Below are positions 36,849 through 46,893 of a stretch of DNA of 64,000 nucleotides, one piece after another. Each line of letters begins with the position of its first letter. The stretch's first letter is position 1. The DNA is from a virus. A model generated the notes under the pieces. It saw nothing but the letters and a program-made list of their open reading frames with translations. It was not told the origin of the DNA and did no database searches. The DNA lies in IMG/VR virus record IMGVR_UViG_3300029922_000031, positions 1 through 64,000 of that record. One strand, given 5' to 3'. The position numbers and the translations under genes are program-made.

Positions 36849-39800
36849 TCAGATCAGTGATTGAACCGCGTCGAAGACCTTGATCAGGCTGTCGAATTTC
36901 TCGGGCGCATGGTAGATTTCACCCGGATTAAAGCCGACCACCAGGTTAGCGTCGTAAGTTGCGCTGTAGTGAATCGAGCCGGCGTCGTCCGAAGCCTTGC
37001 CCTTGAAGTCGGGCAGAAAGGTTCGCACGGTTGTCCCGCCCATCAGGACGATGATTGGCGGCTTGATGATGTCCAGTTCCTTGTCGAGAAAGGGGCGATA
37101 GGTCTTGAGCTCCTCGGCCGAGACCTGCTTGCCCTCCTTTGGACGCTTGATCAGCGCCGTCCAATAGCCCTGGTCGACCCGTAGGCCGACTTCATCCATC
37201 GCAGCCTGCGTCTGCTCGACCGCGTAGGGGCGCCGGCTAGGCGAGGACATGAACATCATATTGGCCTCTTCCTCGGCAGCCGAGGGCGCGTCGAAGATGA
37301 TGGCGAACTCGGCGTCCTCGGAAGCATAGGCTCGGACGGGCACGCCGTCCTTCACCACTGCCGAGAGCATGACGTTGTAGAGCTTCTCCAGGCGCCGGCG
37401 ATCGGGCTCCTCCAGGGCCATTTCCCGGTGGATGGGTACGATGCTCGTCACCAGGCCGGGGATTAGCTCGCGCTGGTCCTTGATCCTGGTCGGGCTATCG
37501 ATCGGGACGTGGGTCGGTTCGATCGCCGCGAAGCAGCCGATCCTATTAAGAAGTTCGATCTTAGCGACGTTGACCAGGCGTCTATTAACGCGCGCCGATA
37601 AGTCGGCCATGCTGTCGAACTTGCGATAGCCTGCCGTGCCGTCGCCTCTAGCCTCGACGATCGCCGCGGCCGCGTTCTCGGAAAGCCCTTTGACGCGCGT
37701 GAAAGGGATCATGAGCTTGAAGTCCGTGATGATTTCGAACCGCTCGGTGGCAAGGTTGATCTCGGGCATGTCGATCGTCACGCCATGTGAGGCGGCGTCG
37801 GCGAGTAGGGCAGGGAGCTTCTCGTCCTTCACCAGCGAGAGCGTCGCGGCGAAATACTCGACCGGATAGTAGGTCTTCAGCCACATCGCCTGGTAGGAGA
37901 TCAGCGTGTATTCGACCGAGTGAGACTTGTTGAAGCCGTAGCCGGCGAAGCCTTCGATCTTGTCGAACAGATGACCCGCCCATTCGACGTCGCAGCCGAC
38001 TGTCTTGACGCACCCGTCGACGAACTTGCCGCGCTCCTTCTTCATCTCCTCGGGCAGCTTTTTGCCCATAATCTTGCGCAGCTTGTCGGCGTCCGGCGCC
38101 GAATAGCCGGCGATCACACGCGACGCCTGCATGACCTCTTCCTGATAGACGAAGACGCCATAGGTCTCTTTTAGAACTGCCTCGAGCAGCGGGTGGTCGT
38201 ATTCGACCGTCTCGATGCCCTGCTTGCGCTTCCAATAGGAGTCCATCATCCCCGACTCCATCGGGCCTGGCCGGTAGAGCGCGGTGGCGGCCGTGATGTC
38301 CTCGAAAGTGATCGTGCCGTCCTTGCCGAGCTCCTTGAGCAGGCGCCTCATGCCGCCCGACTCGAACTGGAACACGCCGGTCGTCTTGCCGATCGCGAAG
38401 TTGCCGAGCACCTTCTCGTCGTCGAGCGGGATCGACATAAGGTTGACCTTCGCCGAGTGCCGCTTGCGGATGTATTGGGTCGTCAGGTCGATAATGTCGA
38501 GGGTTTCGAGGCCCAGAAGATCCATCTTGATCAAGCCCTGGTCCTCGACGATGCGCTTGTCCCAACAGACCACTTTCTCAGCGCCCGATCGGCGCTCGAC
38601 GACCGCGCGCTCGACAATGTCGCAGCCGCCGACGATGACGCCGGCAGCGTGCTGGCCGAGGTTGCGCATGACGCCTTCAAGCTTGAGGCAGACGCCCCAG
38701 ATGGGCGGGAACTTGTCGCGGAAGGCGCCGATCTCAGCGACTTGCTCAGCCGCTTCGGTCAGAGGGACGTGCGCACCGTGCTTCTTTGGGGTCAGCTTCG
38801 AGCAGCCGAACTCCCTCTCCTCGAGCCCGAACGCCTTCGCGACGTCCCGGATGGCCGAAGCCGGCCCGAGGGTGGAGAAGTTTGAGACGCCAGCGACGCG
38901 CGCTGTGCCGTATTTGTTGACCAGATACTCGACGACCTCATGCCGGCGGGCCGACATGAAGTCCAAATCGGCGTCAGGCAGATCGAGACGATCGGGGTTG
39001 ATGAAGCGTTCGAACAGGAGGCCAAAGCGAATCGGGTCGCATTCGGTGATGCCCATGAGGTAAGCGACGAGCGAGCCGCCGACGGAGCCGCGGCCAGGTC
39101 CGACGAGAATGCCTTGCGACTTGGCGTAGTTGACGACGTCCTCGACAAGCAGAAAGTAGCCGGAAAAGCTCAGCGACTTGAGGATCTGAAGTTCGTAGAC
39201 CAGCCGAGGTCGATAGACCGCCTCCAGCTCCGCCTTCTCGGGCTTGTGACCGAAGACCGAGGCGCTGAAACGCTTGGCCCAGCCGAGCTTGCACTTTGCG
39301 ACGACCGCAGCGAACTCATCCGGCGCCATCTTCGGCAGCGAAGGCTTCTGCTTCTTCCACTCGTAGTGAACCAGATCGACGAGCTTCTCGGTGTTCATCA
39401 GCCCGTCTCTAAACGCGAGCGCCGTCTCCTTGGGGTCCATTCCGCGGGCGTTCAGCCGCTTGCAGCCCTCGACCACTTGCGACGCCAGCGCCGCATTCGC
39501 CATCGGATGAAGATCGCGAAACGCCGGCGACTTGTTCCACATCGACGATAGCGGCGTGTTCGAACAGATCGCGCCCATCACCTCGGTCGCATCCGCTTCA
39601 TTCTCGTCGTAGCAGACGGGGCGTGTGACAAGCGGTAGGAAGCCATACGTGCGTGCCGCTTCGATCGCCTTCTTGTTGAGGGTGTCGAACAGCGGCGTGT
39701 TGACCGGCGTGAGCGTGACGAAGACATTAGAAGCACTGAGAGCGTCGCGAATTTTTGAGAGTATCAACGTAGCATCGCGATGCCCCAACACGCTGTAGAC

Positions 39801-40241
39801 GTCGCTAGAAGCGATTGCGACGTCGTCCGCGCTCAAGTCTGCGAGCGCTGCGAACAGATCGCTAAAGCCCAGTTTCGCGTTGTTATAGAAATGGGCCTCG
39901 TCGTTGGCGAGCGACAGCAGCCGAAACAGCGCCAGCAAGCCCTTCTCCGATAGGACGTAATAGGTCAGGAAGAACTCCGGCGGCGCCTTCGCCTTGCCCT
40001 CTTTGCGAGGCGGCTTGCGCCAGGTGAAATCGTCGACCAGCCGCAGCCGGCAGCCTACGATCGGCTTGACGCCTTTCTTTTTGCAACGATTGGTGAAGTC
40101 GATCATCGAGGTAACGTTCATGGTCTCGGTGAGAGCGACGGCCTTGGCCTCAGCCTTCACCGCGGCATCGACCAGCCGCTCCACCGATAGAATGGATTCT
40201 CCGAGAGAGAAGTTCGATCGAGCGGCTAAAATCGCGTGCAT
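36849..40241 (-). CDS. dnaE: DNA polymerase III alpha (family C) with C-terminal UDG-like domain
   Basis: GPGRGSVGGS, LLFERFINPDR, PDADLDF, GLIKMDLLGL, FAGYGFNKSH. Confidence 0.95.
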   Translation of the reverse strand: MHAILAARSNFSLGESILSVERLVDAAVKAEAKAVALTETMNVTSMIDFTNRCKKKGVKPIVGCRLRLVDDFTWRKPPRKEGKAKAPPEFFLTYYVLSEKGLLALFRLLSLANDEAHFYNNAKLGFSDLFAALADLSADDVAIASSDVYSVLGHRDATLILSKIRDALSASNVFVTLTPVNTPLFDTLNKKAIEAARTYGFLPLVTRPVCYDENEADATEVMGAICSNTPLSSMWNKSPAFRDLHPMANAALASQVVEGCKRLNARGMDPKETALAFRDGLMNTEKLVDLVHYEWKKQKPSLPKMAPDEFAAVVAKCKLGWAKRFSASVFGHKPEKAELEAVYRPRLVYELQILKSLSFSGYFLLVEDVVNYAKSQGILVGPGRGSVGGSLVAYLMGITECDPIRFGLLFERFINPDRLDLPDADLDFMSARRHEVVEYLVNKYGTARVAGVSNFSTLGPASAIRDVAKAFGLEEREFGCSKLTPKKHGAHVPLTEAAEQVAEIGAFRDKFPPIWGVCLKLEGVMRNLGQHAAGVIVGGCDIVERAVVERRSGAEKVVCWDKRIVEDQGLIKMDLLGLETLDIIDLTTQYIRKRHSAKVNLMSIPLDDEKVLGNFAIGKTTGVFQFESGGMRRLLKELGKDGTITFEDITAATALYRPGPMESGMMDSYWKRKQGIETVEYDHPLLEAVLKETYGVFVYQEEVMQASRVIAGYSAPDADKLRKIMGKKLPEEMKKERGKFVDGCVKTVGCDVEWAGHLFDKIEGFAGYGFNKSHSVEYTLISYQAMWLKTYYPVEYFAATLSLVKDEKLPALLADAASHGVTIDMPEINLATERFEIITDFKLMIPFTRVKGLSENAAAAIVEARGDGTAGYRKFDSMADLSARVNRRLVNVAKIELLNRIGCFAAIEPTHVPIDSPTRIKDQRELIPGLVTSIVPIHREMALEEPDRRRLEKLYNVMLSAVVKDGVPVRAYASEDAEFAIIFDAPSAAEEEANMMFMSSPSRRPYAVEQTQAAMDEVGLRVDQGYWTALIKRPKEGKQVSAEELKTYRPFLDKELDIIKPPIIVLMGGTTVRTFLPDFKGKASDDAGSIHYSATYDANLVVGFNPGEIYHAPEKFDSLIKVFDAVQSLI

Positions 40242-40243
40242 TA

Positions 40244-40495
40244 TCAACCCTCTAGCATCCGCCAATGTGTGATCTGGACGCGATCAAACTGACCATTCGT
40301 CTTGATGAAGCCTTCGTAAGCTTCGAGCTCCGTCTGAAGACGAATGTTCAGCGCGCCGGTGAAGATCACCCGACCGCTGTCTTTGATCTCGCCCTTGATG
40401 AAGTCGAACCAGACAGCCAACTTCGACGTGTAGACGGTCGGCGCGGGCGTCATCGCAACCTGCTCGTCGGCAACGTCTTTATCGATCTCATTCAT
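40244..40495 (-). CDS. Hypothetical protein
   Basis: 83-aa ORF, AGGAG RBS. Confidence 0.7.
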   Translation of the reverse strand: MNEIDKDVADEQVAMTPAPTVYTSKLAVWFDFIKGEIKDSGRVIFTGALNIRLQTELEAYEGFIKTNGQFDRVQITHWRMLEG

Positions 40496-40498
40496 CTT

Positions 40499-41032
40499 CT
40501 AGTCTCTCCTGATTGAGAATCGGCCGTCGATCTCCAAGGTCGCTCCGATGGCGGTGAACACCTGCAAAGCGTGATTCGCGTGAGCGATGGCCGTCTCACG
40601 TCCCCAATCCAGTTTCGTCGTGTAGGCGAGAATCAGATCGTCTTTCGTCATCCCGTCGTTGCCTTCAAGCAGCACGTCGCATGCGATCCGCAGCCAGACA
40701 CGCTTCGTCTTGTCGACGATGGGGTTGACGCCTTTGAGCAGCGCCGACTTGAAGTCCGAGCAGACCGCCTCAACGCGATCGACCGTTTTCATCGCCTTCT
40801 TTGAGATCAGCACGCCGCCGACCTCAAGCCGGGGAGGGGGCAGGGGCGCTGCGACGGCCGGAGCTGGGGCCGCAATGCCAAAGTGGGCGTGCAGAACGGC
40901 AAGGCGCACTGCCGCCTTCGGCCGACATTCAGTGATGAAGGCGCATGTCGAACAGACCGCGTGCGTGCCGTTGAAGATCAGCGGCGAGCCGAAACAGCCA
41001 GGCGCGAGGCCCGGATCCATGACATCGGTCAT
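40499..41032 (-). CDS. Cys-motif protein with probable winged helix
   Basis: PGCFG...CSTC...C. Confidence 0.7.
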   Translation of the reverse strand: MTDVMDPGLAPGCFGSPLIFNGTHAVCSTCAFITECRPKAAVRLAVLHAHFGIAAPAPAVAAPLPPPRLEVGGVLISKKAMKTVDRVEAVCSDFKSALLKGVNPIVDKTKRVWLRIACDVLLEGNDGMTKDDLILAYTTKLDWGRETAIAHANHALQVFTAIGATLEIDGRFSIRRD

Positions 41033-41035
41033 TAC

Positions 41036-41671
41036 TTACCTGTATCTCTTGGCGGCGAGAGCCAGCTCACGATAGACCGCAGCGCGATCTGTCTTGGAAA
41101 GTCCCATGAAATCAAAGACCATTGCCGCGGTTACACGCCCAACAGCGAAGACGGCAATGTCGCGGCCGCGGCCTGACTGCGCGCGGGCCTGACTGTGCTG
41201 AACCGCGTCGAGAAGGAATTGCGGTGGCTTGTCGATCAGGTCGACGAACAACCGCGCCCGCGGCGAAAGCCGATTCATCACGAAGTCGCGGGTGTCGGCG
41301 CGTTCGAACGCCTCGATGCCGGATAGGCCAGCATCATCCTCGATCGCCTCGTGCAACCCGCCCGAATCTTCGGCGGGCTCGTCACCCGGCATTATGTCGA
41401 GCGAAGTGCATTGACCGTTGTCGATCTGATCCTGCACCCATCGGTTGATGTGGTGATGCATTCCTCGGCTCAGAAACGCCAGGAAGGGGACGCCGTATTC
41501 CTCGCTCCAGGCGTCCCGAGCCTTGCACCAGGCGATGCAGAGCTCCTGATAGATGTCCTGCGCCGTTAGGCTGGCGGCGCCGGCCGCGTGAGCGCGTCGT
41601 AAAACGCGCCACGCGAAGCTCTTGATGGCCTTGTCGTGCTGCGGCGTGAAGGCAAGCTGGGTGTTCATCAC
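41036..41671 (-). CDS. Sigma70-family-like factor
   Basis: Region 2-like QDIYQELCIAWCKARDAWSEEYGVPFLAFL; SLD region 3; RLSPRAR and MGLS region 4-like. Confidence 0.65.
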   Translation of the reverse strand: MMNTQLAFTPQHDKAIKSFAWRVLRRAHAAGAASLTAQDIYQELCIAWCKARDAWSEEYGVPFLAFLSRGMHHHINRWVQDQIDNGQCTSLDIMPGDEPAEDSGGLHEAIEDDAGLSGIEAFERADTRDFVMNRLSPRARLFVDLIDKPPQFLLDAVQHSQARAQSGRGRDIAVFAVGRVTAAMVFDFMGLSKTDRAAVYRELALAAKRYR

Positions 41672-42828
41672 ACGCCGCCAAAGACACGTTGAGCGAAGCC
41701 GTCGGCGGTCTCTTTATCGACGCGCGAGAGACGCGCAGCCCAGGCGGCGATCAGACCCGCCCGCCAGGCGCCACCCTTCATCACCGCGAAGCGCGCGGCG
41801 TTGATCAGCTCGCGCGGCGAGATCGTCGAGCCCAACCGGGCGGCCTTGAACGCCTCGCGAATGCTGTTGGCGAACTCGACGAGCTTGTCGGCGTCCTTTT
41901 TGTCGATGTTCGCCTGACCGGCGATCACCATCGACTCGACCTTCGGCTCCATGTAACCGATCTCGATCGTGACGCCGAAGCGCGAGAAGTTCGCGCCGTC
42001 CTGCATCTGGGTGCCCTGATAGAGACCCGTCTCGTCGCCGCAACCGTTCGTGTTGCCGGTCGCGACGAAGCGGAAGTTTGGGTGCGGCCGGATCACGCGC
42101 TGCGCCGGCGGAGCCTCTTTGATGTAGAGAGCCTTGCCTTCGAGAACCGGCTGATAGACCGAGAGAACGGGCGCGGTGCCGCGGTCATACTCGTCGGCGC
42201 AGTAGACGAAGCCTTCGAGCATCGCGACGGCCAGCGGACCGAGTTCGAACTTGGTCTCGCCTTCCTTGACGACATATTGCCCGATGATATGCGATTCCTC
42301 GGTGTTGACGGTGTGCTGGACGCGCATGAAGGGGCGCTTCGTGCGCGCCGCGATCTGCTCGAGAAGCGTGGTCTTGCCGGTGCCGTGATAGCCCCAGACG
42401 TAGAGCGGGGCCTTAAGCTCCTGTGCAATCAGGATTGACTTAAGGTTCTCGATGTCAAAAACGTAGTTCTGGTCCACGTCGGGCACGAGCTGTTCGGCTT
42501 CCGGCGTCAGCTCGGACATGACCGGGATCATGATCGGCTGGCCGCGCGCGTTCATCGCCGCCTTGACCTCGCCGAGAGCGAAGATTTCGTGCATCGGCTG
42601 ACGATCGCCGCCGACGACTTTGGCCTGCTCCTTCTGAGCCTGCTTGACGCGGATCATGCTCTTGGCGGCCTCGGAAAGGATGGGCTCGCCGGGGTATTCG
42701 CGCTGGTAGCGGGCAATGTCCCAGCCAGGATGATTCTCGCGAAGGTAAACTTGGATGGAGTGGCACAGTGCTCCGTCGAGCTTGCACTCGATTTTGCCGC
42801 CACCGATAGCGGGCGTCGTCTCCGTCAT
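41668..42828 (-). CDS. cobS: CobS-like MoxR AAA+ ATPase
   Basis: GYHGTGKT, ADEYD, FVATGNT.G.GD..GLY.GT, SPRELI. Confidence 0.88.
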   Translation of the reverse strand: MTETTPAIGGGKIECKLDGALCHSIQVYLRENHPGWDIARYQREYPGEPILSEAAKSMIRVKQAQKEQAKVVGGDRQPMHEIFALGEVKAAMNARGQPIMIPVMSELTPEAEQLVPDVDQNYVFDIENLKSILIAQELKAPLYVWGYHGTGKTTLLEQIAARTKRPFMRVQHTVNTEESHIIGQYVVKEGETKFELGPLAVAMLEGFVYCADEYDRGTAPVLSVYQPVLEGKALYIKEAPPAQRVIRPHPNFRFVATGNTNGCGDETGLYQGTQMQDGANFSRFGVTIEIGYMEPKVESMVIAGQANIDKKDADKLVEFANSIREAFKAARLGSTISPRELINAARFAVMKGGAWRAGLIAAWAARLSRVDKETADGFAQRVFGGV

Positions 42829-42915
42829 GATCGTCTCCTTTGTCGCTGCGTCGCTGCAAACGATGCGCTGTTATCGCGCATCGTGTCTTGGTTCACAAGT
42901 CAATTCTGACTGGCG

Positions 42916-45294
42916 TCAAGCGGCAAGTAGAATCCGCTTGAGCTCCTTCATAATCGTCGAGGGGAGCTCCTCGATCCGCTTAAGAACAACATGCTTCGGG
43001 TAATAGTGCCGAACCGAGTCATCCATGATCCCGATACCGATCACCTCGATGCCGCGCTTTGTCGACTCCTCGATGACCTGATGGAGATGCGAATTTAGCG
43101 CAGCCTCTGGCCTTTCACCGCTACGATAGGTGTAGTGGGCGGCGGCCGAGGGCGACCCGTCGGACAGAACGATCAGCACCTTGCGCTTCTCCTTGCGCCT
43201 CATAAGACGAGTCGCCGCGACCTCGATGCACTCGCCATCGACGTTGTTGCGCAGGAAGTTCTGATGCTCGGCGGCGACCGCGAACCGCTGCTTGACCGCC
43301 GGCGTCAGACGCTCGTTGAAGTCCTTGTAGATTGGCATGTAGATCGGCTCGATGCGGCCGTATTGCTTGCCGATGCGAGCCTCCTCGGCCGTGATCAGAT
43401 CGTCCAGCGTGCGGTTCGCGGGAAGCGTCGTGAAGCCGAGCACCTCATGCGCGATCTTCACCCGTTCCAGCGTCTGCGAGAGGGCGTAGGCCGCCTGCAT
43501 CGCCGTCGTCATCTTCTTCCCGCCCATCGAGCCGGAGTTGTCGACCACCAGTCCGACCGCTGTGTCCTTCGACGTGTTCTCGTGGAGACGGCGGAAGACC
43601 CGATCGTCGCCGACGAGCAACTTGTGCAGGCTCGCCGCGTGCAGCCGACCCGACCGGAAGCCGGGCAGCTTGAGCACGTTCGAGCGGGACGCCATGAGCC
43701 GCTCAATGTCCTTTTGCATCGGCCCAATCATGTGCCGCGTCGAGCTGTCAAAAGACTCAAACTCCTCGTCCGTGACTTTACCCGTGATGACCGAGACGTC
43801 GTCGTAGTCCTTGGTGAAGACGCGATATTCGGCGCCGCGCGTCATCCGGGTCGCAAGATCGGTGATCTCGCCGACGATCGCGTCCTTGAATTTGTCGCCG
43901 TCGACCTCGATCTCCATGTCGGAGAACGCCGACGAACCCATGCCTGGATCCTTGCTTTCGCCGGACTCCTCTAGTTCGTCGCTGGGCTCTCCGCCGGCGG
44001 AACCTTCTCCAGCTTCTCCGCCGGACCCTTCGTCGCCTGCGTCGCTGTCGTCAGACTCAGACCCAGCGCCTGCGCTGCCATCGTCAGACTCCTCATCCTC
44101 TCCGCCGTCACTGGCAGACGTTCCGACTTCGCCGTCGTCGCCGTCTTCATCCCGCTCTCGATCGGCGGGCTCTCCGTGATCGTTGTCCCGTTCTCCATCG
44201 TCACCGTCGGCGTCATCCTCTGACTCCTCGGGGTCGACAGCTCCGTCACCGTCTCCGTCGCTCCCATCAGCATCACCAGCACCTTCGCTGGGGAGTTCCG
44301 AATCATCGCTCTCTGACTCACTCGAGCCAGAAGTCTCTTCATCCTCGGATTCATCTTCGCCTTTCTCGCCCTCGCCGGGCTTCTCGGTCTCTTTCGGTCC
44401 GTCAGCTTCCTCGCCGGCATCCTCCTCGGACGACTCGCCCTTGTCTTCGCTGGGCTTCTCGTCATCGCCAGTCGATGCTGACTTATCCTTTTCGGCAGAC
44501 TTTTCGCCGCCGGCACCCTCGTCTTCCTCGTCCTCGGGCTTGTCCTTGTTCGCGCCCTTGCCGTCGCTCTTGGTCTTCTCGGTCGAGTCCGACTTGGACG
44601 GCTCGGTCGGGGAGCCAGGCGGCGGAGCGGGCGGGGCAGGGGGCGGCGGCGGGCAGAGAACGCTGTGATAGACCTCTGCGATCGCGAAGGCGTCGCGGGT
44701 GTTCTTCATGCCCGTCATGCGAGCGCGAATGTCTTTCGGCAGCCCGTCGAGCAGCGACTTGACAAGCGGATGCTCCCAGTAGCCCTTGCCCGTCATCCAG
44801 TCATTGAACACCTTCTGGCCGCAAAGCGCGCGCGCCATCACGACGATGATCGCCTCGAACTCCTTCTTCGGATCGCCCTTGGCTTCCGCGATGTGCGGCT
44901 CGGTGATCTTCTTGAGGAAGAACTCGTGCAGTCGGCCGAGATTGTAGTGCGAGCCGGGGAACTTGTCGGCCATCCGCTTCTCGATCAGCGGATCTTCGAG
45001 CATGTTCCACAGGCCGTGCAGCTTCGCGCTCGCCCTGCGCTCCTTCATCTTGTAGGTGAACTCGGTGAAGAGGATGTGCGCAACCTCGTGGTCGATGAAG
45101 CCCTGGATCGCCATGAGCAACTCGGCCGTCGCAGTGTCGGGGATTTGCGGGATGTTGACCCGGATCGGCTTCCCGGCCTTGTCGTTCTCCACATACGCAG
45201 AAGCGCCTCGCTGAGTGACGACCAGCCCCTTGCCTGCAAGGAGCTGGGTCACTTTGACGATGACCTCGCGCATTAGCGCAATATCTTGATTCAT
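42916..45294 (-). CDS. cobT: CobT-like protein: HExxH N-domain, acidic linker, vWA domain
   Basis: DHEVAH; about 240-aa D/E/S/G linker; DNSGSM MIDAS; VLSDGSP. Confidence 0.85.
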   Translation of the reverse strand: MNQDIALMREVIVKVTQLLAGKGLVVTQRGASAYVENDKAGKPIRVNIPQIPDTATAELLMAIQGFIDHEVAHILFTEFTYKMKERRASAKLHGLWNMLEDPLIEKRMADKFPGSHYNLGRLHEFFLKKITEPHIAEAKGDPKKEFEAIIVVMARALCGQKVFNDWMTGKGYWEHPLVKSLLDGLPKDIRARMTGMKNTRDAFAIAEVYHSVLCPPPPPAPPAPPPGSPTEPSKSDSTEKTKSDGKGANKDKPEDEEDEGAGGEKSAEKDKSASTGDDEKPSEDKGESSEEDAGEEADGPKETEKPGEGEKGEDESEDEETSGSSESESDDSELPSEGAGDADGSDGDGDGAVDPEESEDDADGDDGERDNDHGEPADRERDEDGDDGEVGTSASDGGEDEESDDGSAGAGSESDDSDAGDEGSGGEAGEGSAGGEPSDELEESGESKDPGMGSSAFSDMEIEVDGDKFKDAIVGEITDLATRMTRGAEYRVFTKDYDDVSVITGKVTDEEFESFDSSTRHMIGPMQKDIERLMASRSNVLKLPGFRSGRLHAASLHKLLVGDDRVFRRLHENTSKDTAVGLVVDNSGSMGGKKMTTAMQAAYALSQTLERVKIAHEVLGFTTLPANRTLDDLITAEEARIGKQYGRIEPIYMPIYKDFNERLTPAVKQRFAVAAEHQNFLRNNVDGECIEVAATRLMRRKEKRKVLIVLSDGSPSAAAHYTYRSGERPEAALNSHLHQVIEESTKRGIEVIGIGIMDDSVRHYYPKHVVLKRIEELPSTIMKELKRILLAA

Positions 45295-45394
45295 CGCTGC
45301 TGTCCTCTTAAGACTGAAATCGTGTTCTAACGATACAGTCAGAGAGAGTGGGTCACAATTGGCAATGTAAGGGAGGGTAGAGAAAGCGGATGAC

Positions 45395-45619
45395 TTATCT
45401 GAGTAGCATCAAGGACGGGCCGAGCGGGTTCAGAACGATGTAGATGTTGCCGAAGATCGGATGAGTTCCGAAAATCGCGTGATTAGGGCGAGTTGTAAAA
45501 TCGCTTCGGTCGGTGAGTTGCTCGGCGTATGTCAGCGCGACGTCATACGCAATTTCGCTGATCTGATCGATAACGCGGGCTGCCGCCAGCGGCTCTGATT
45601 TGACTGTGGCTAGATTCAC
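45395..45619 (-). CDS. Hypothetical protein
   Basis: GGGGA RBS + GTG. Confidence 0.55.
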   Translation of the reverse strand: MNLATVKSEPLAAARVIDQISEIAYDVALTYAEQLTDRSDFTTRPNHAIFGTHPIFGNIYIVLNPLGPSLMLLR

Positions 45620-45913
45620 TGTTCGTTATCCCCATCATATTTGGGCCGCCTAAGCTTCACTGTTTGCTCGTGAAATCTAAAGCAGCTTTGAATTACATTT
45701 CGACGTTTGTCGTTAAAACATATAGCGCTTTCCCGGTGGGTCGTCTAAAAAAATCAATCGACGTTGACTGTTTCCGGCTGCGTCACCGCTGCAAACTCCG
45801 TTACATAGGGAGGTGTATCAATCAAGGACAAACTCGTGTGACTTTTTAGCGTCTCTGAAAATGTAACGCTAAAGCGGTGCGGCGCTCTCGCTGCACACGC
45901 TCACGTTACGAAG

Positions 45914-46357
45914 TCACTTTTTCAGCATGTTCTTCGGCAACATGTTCAGAAACACAGCCATCGCGGCCATTGTTTCCACCGTCTGCTTCGGGTCGAGATT
46001 GCCGGTCGCCGCGCGCCACGGCTTCAGAAGAATCTCCTCCTCATTCGGCGTCGCGATGCGACCAAACACCGTCTCGATCGCTTCGCCCAGATTCGGCCAA
46101 TATTGCTGAAGCGCCAGACGAAATAGGTGGGTAGGGTCGACGTGCAGCGCCTTGGCGAGCGCTGGAATTTTGTCAAGCGGGACTTTCGCTTCACCACGCT
46201 TGAACATGGAGATAATATTCGGCTTGTCGTAGCCGGCTTCGAGGGCAATTTCACGTTGAGTCTTCACGCCCTTAAGAGCATCGATCTGTTTATCCAAGTA
46301 TTTCGCAACCATCGTGCCCGCGAATGGCATTCCGGCTTTCACTTCTGAGACGGACAT
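45914..46357 (-). CDS. XRE-type HTH regulator, candidate immunity repressor
   Basis: KTQREIALEAGYDKPNIISMFKRGEAKVPLDKIPALAKAL; divergent from repC. Confidence 0.8.
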   Translation of the reverse strand: MSVSEVKAGMPFAGTMVAKYLDKQIDALKGVKTQREIALEAGYDKPNIISMFKRGEAKVPLDKIPALAKALHVDPTHLFRLALQQYWPNLGEAIETVFGRIATPNEEEILLKPWRAATGNLDPKQTVETMAAMAVFLNMLPKNMLKK

Positions 46358-46723
46358 TGTCTATTCTCCCTCTTATACGCTTATAATACGCTTCGTAGTC
46401 GTTCTTTAGCCAGTGACGCTCGAAAACATTCATCATTGAATGATACCGGGCTCAATGAATGATATAGCGCGTCGCGTCAGCAGTTCGTGGGAACTGCTCG
46501 GGTTCGCTTGGAATATCAATCACCATTTACTGAGAGTCAATCGTCGCTTATGGCAGTTTGCGATGCCCACGAGAATCTCAGGTCGTTTTGTTCCATAATC
46601 TATATTATGCGAATCAGAAATGTTAATTACTTGGCGGGCGAATCCGCCTTCTCCGAATCGCACGACTCAGACAGAGTACCCTTGTTTATCAACGGGGTGA
46701 TTCTGCCCATGAGCTAATCGGAC

Positions 46724-46812
46724 AAAGCAAAAGCCCCGCCAGGGTTGCCGCCCTGGCAGGGCTTTGGGTCTCCAAGATGGGTCCGCGCTAAAGGGACCGA
46801 CCAAATCGCAAT
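46724..46812 (-). ncRNA. Counter-transcribed antisense RNA (ctRNA) of repC
   Basis: Promoter TTGACA-17-CTAGAA; 15-bp stem 46730-46765 whose one imperfect pair is U-G on the minus strand, followed by U-rich tract. Confidence 0.75.
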
Positions 46813-46817
46813 TCCCC

Positions 46818-46846
46818 TTCTAGCGCGCGGCTGATTCGGTTGTCAA
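46818..46846 (-). promoter_or_regulatory. ctRNA promoter with GANTC in spacer
   Basis: -35 TTGACA (46846-46841), -10 CTAGAA (46823-46818), GANTC at 46833. Confidence 0.75.
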
Positions 46847-46893
46847 CAGTCTTCTGGCTGGTGAGCGCCCGAGCTTTGTCCAAAGGAGGACAA

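Noticed and set aside
43900-44660. Low-complexity tract as a repeat or mobile element
   Set aside because: It is the in-frame Pro/acidic linker of CobT
41668-45294. cobS/cobT as cobalamin-biosynthesis genes serving NrdJ
   Set aside because: No cobN or other cob genes in the window; the architecture fits the phage MoxR-vWA type
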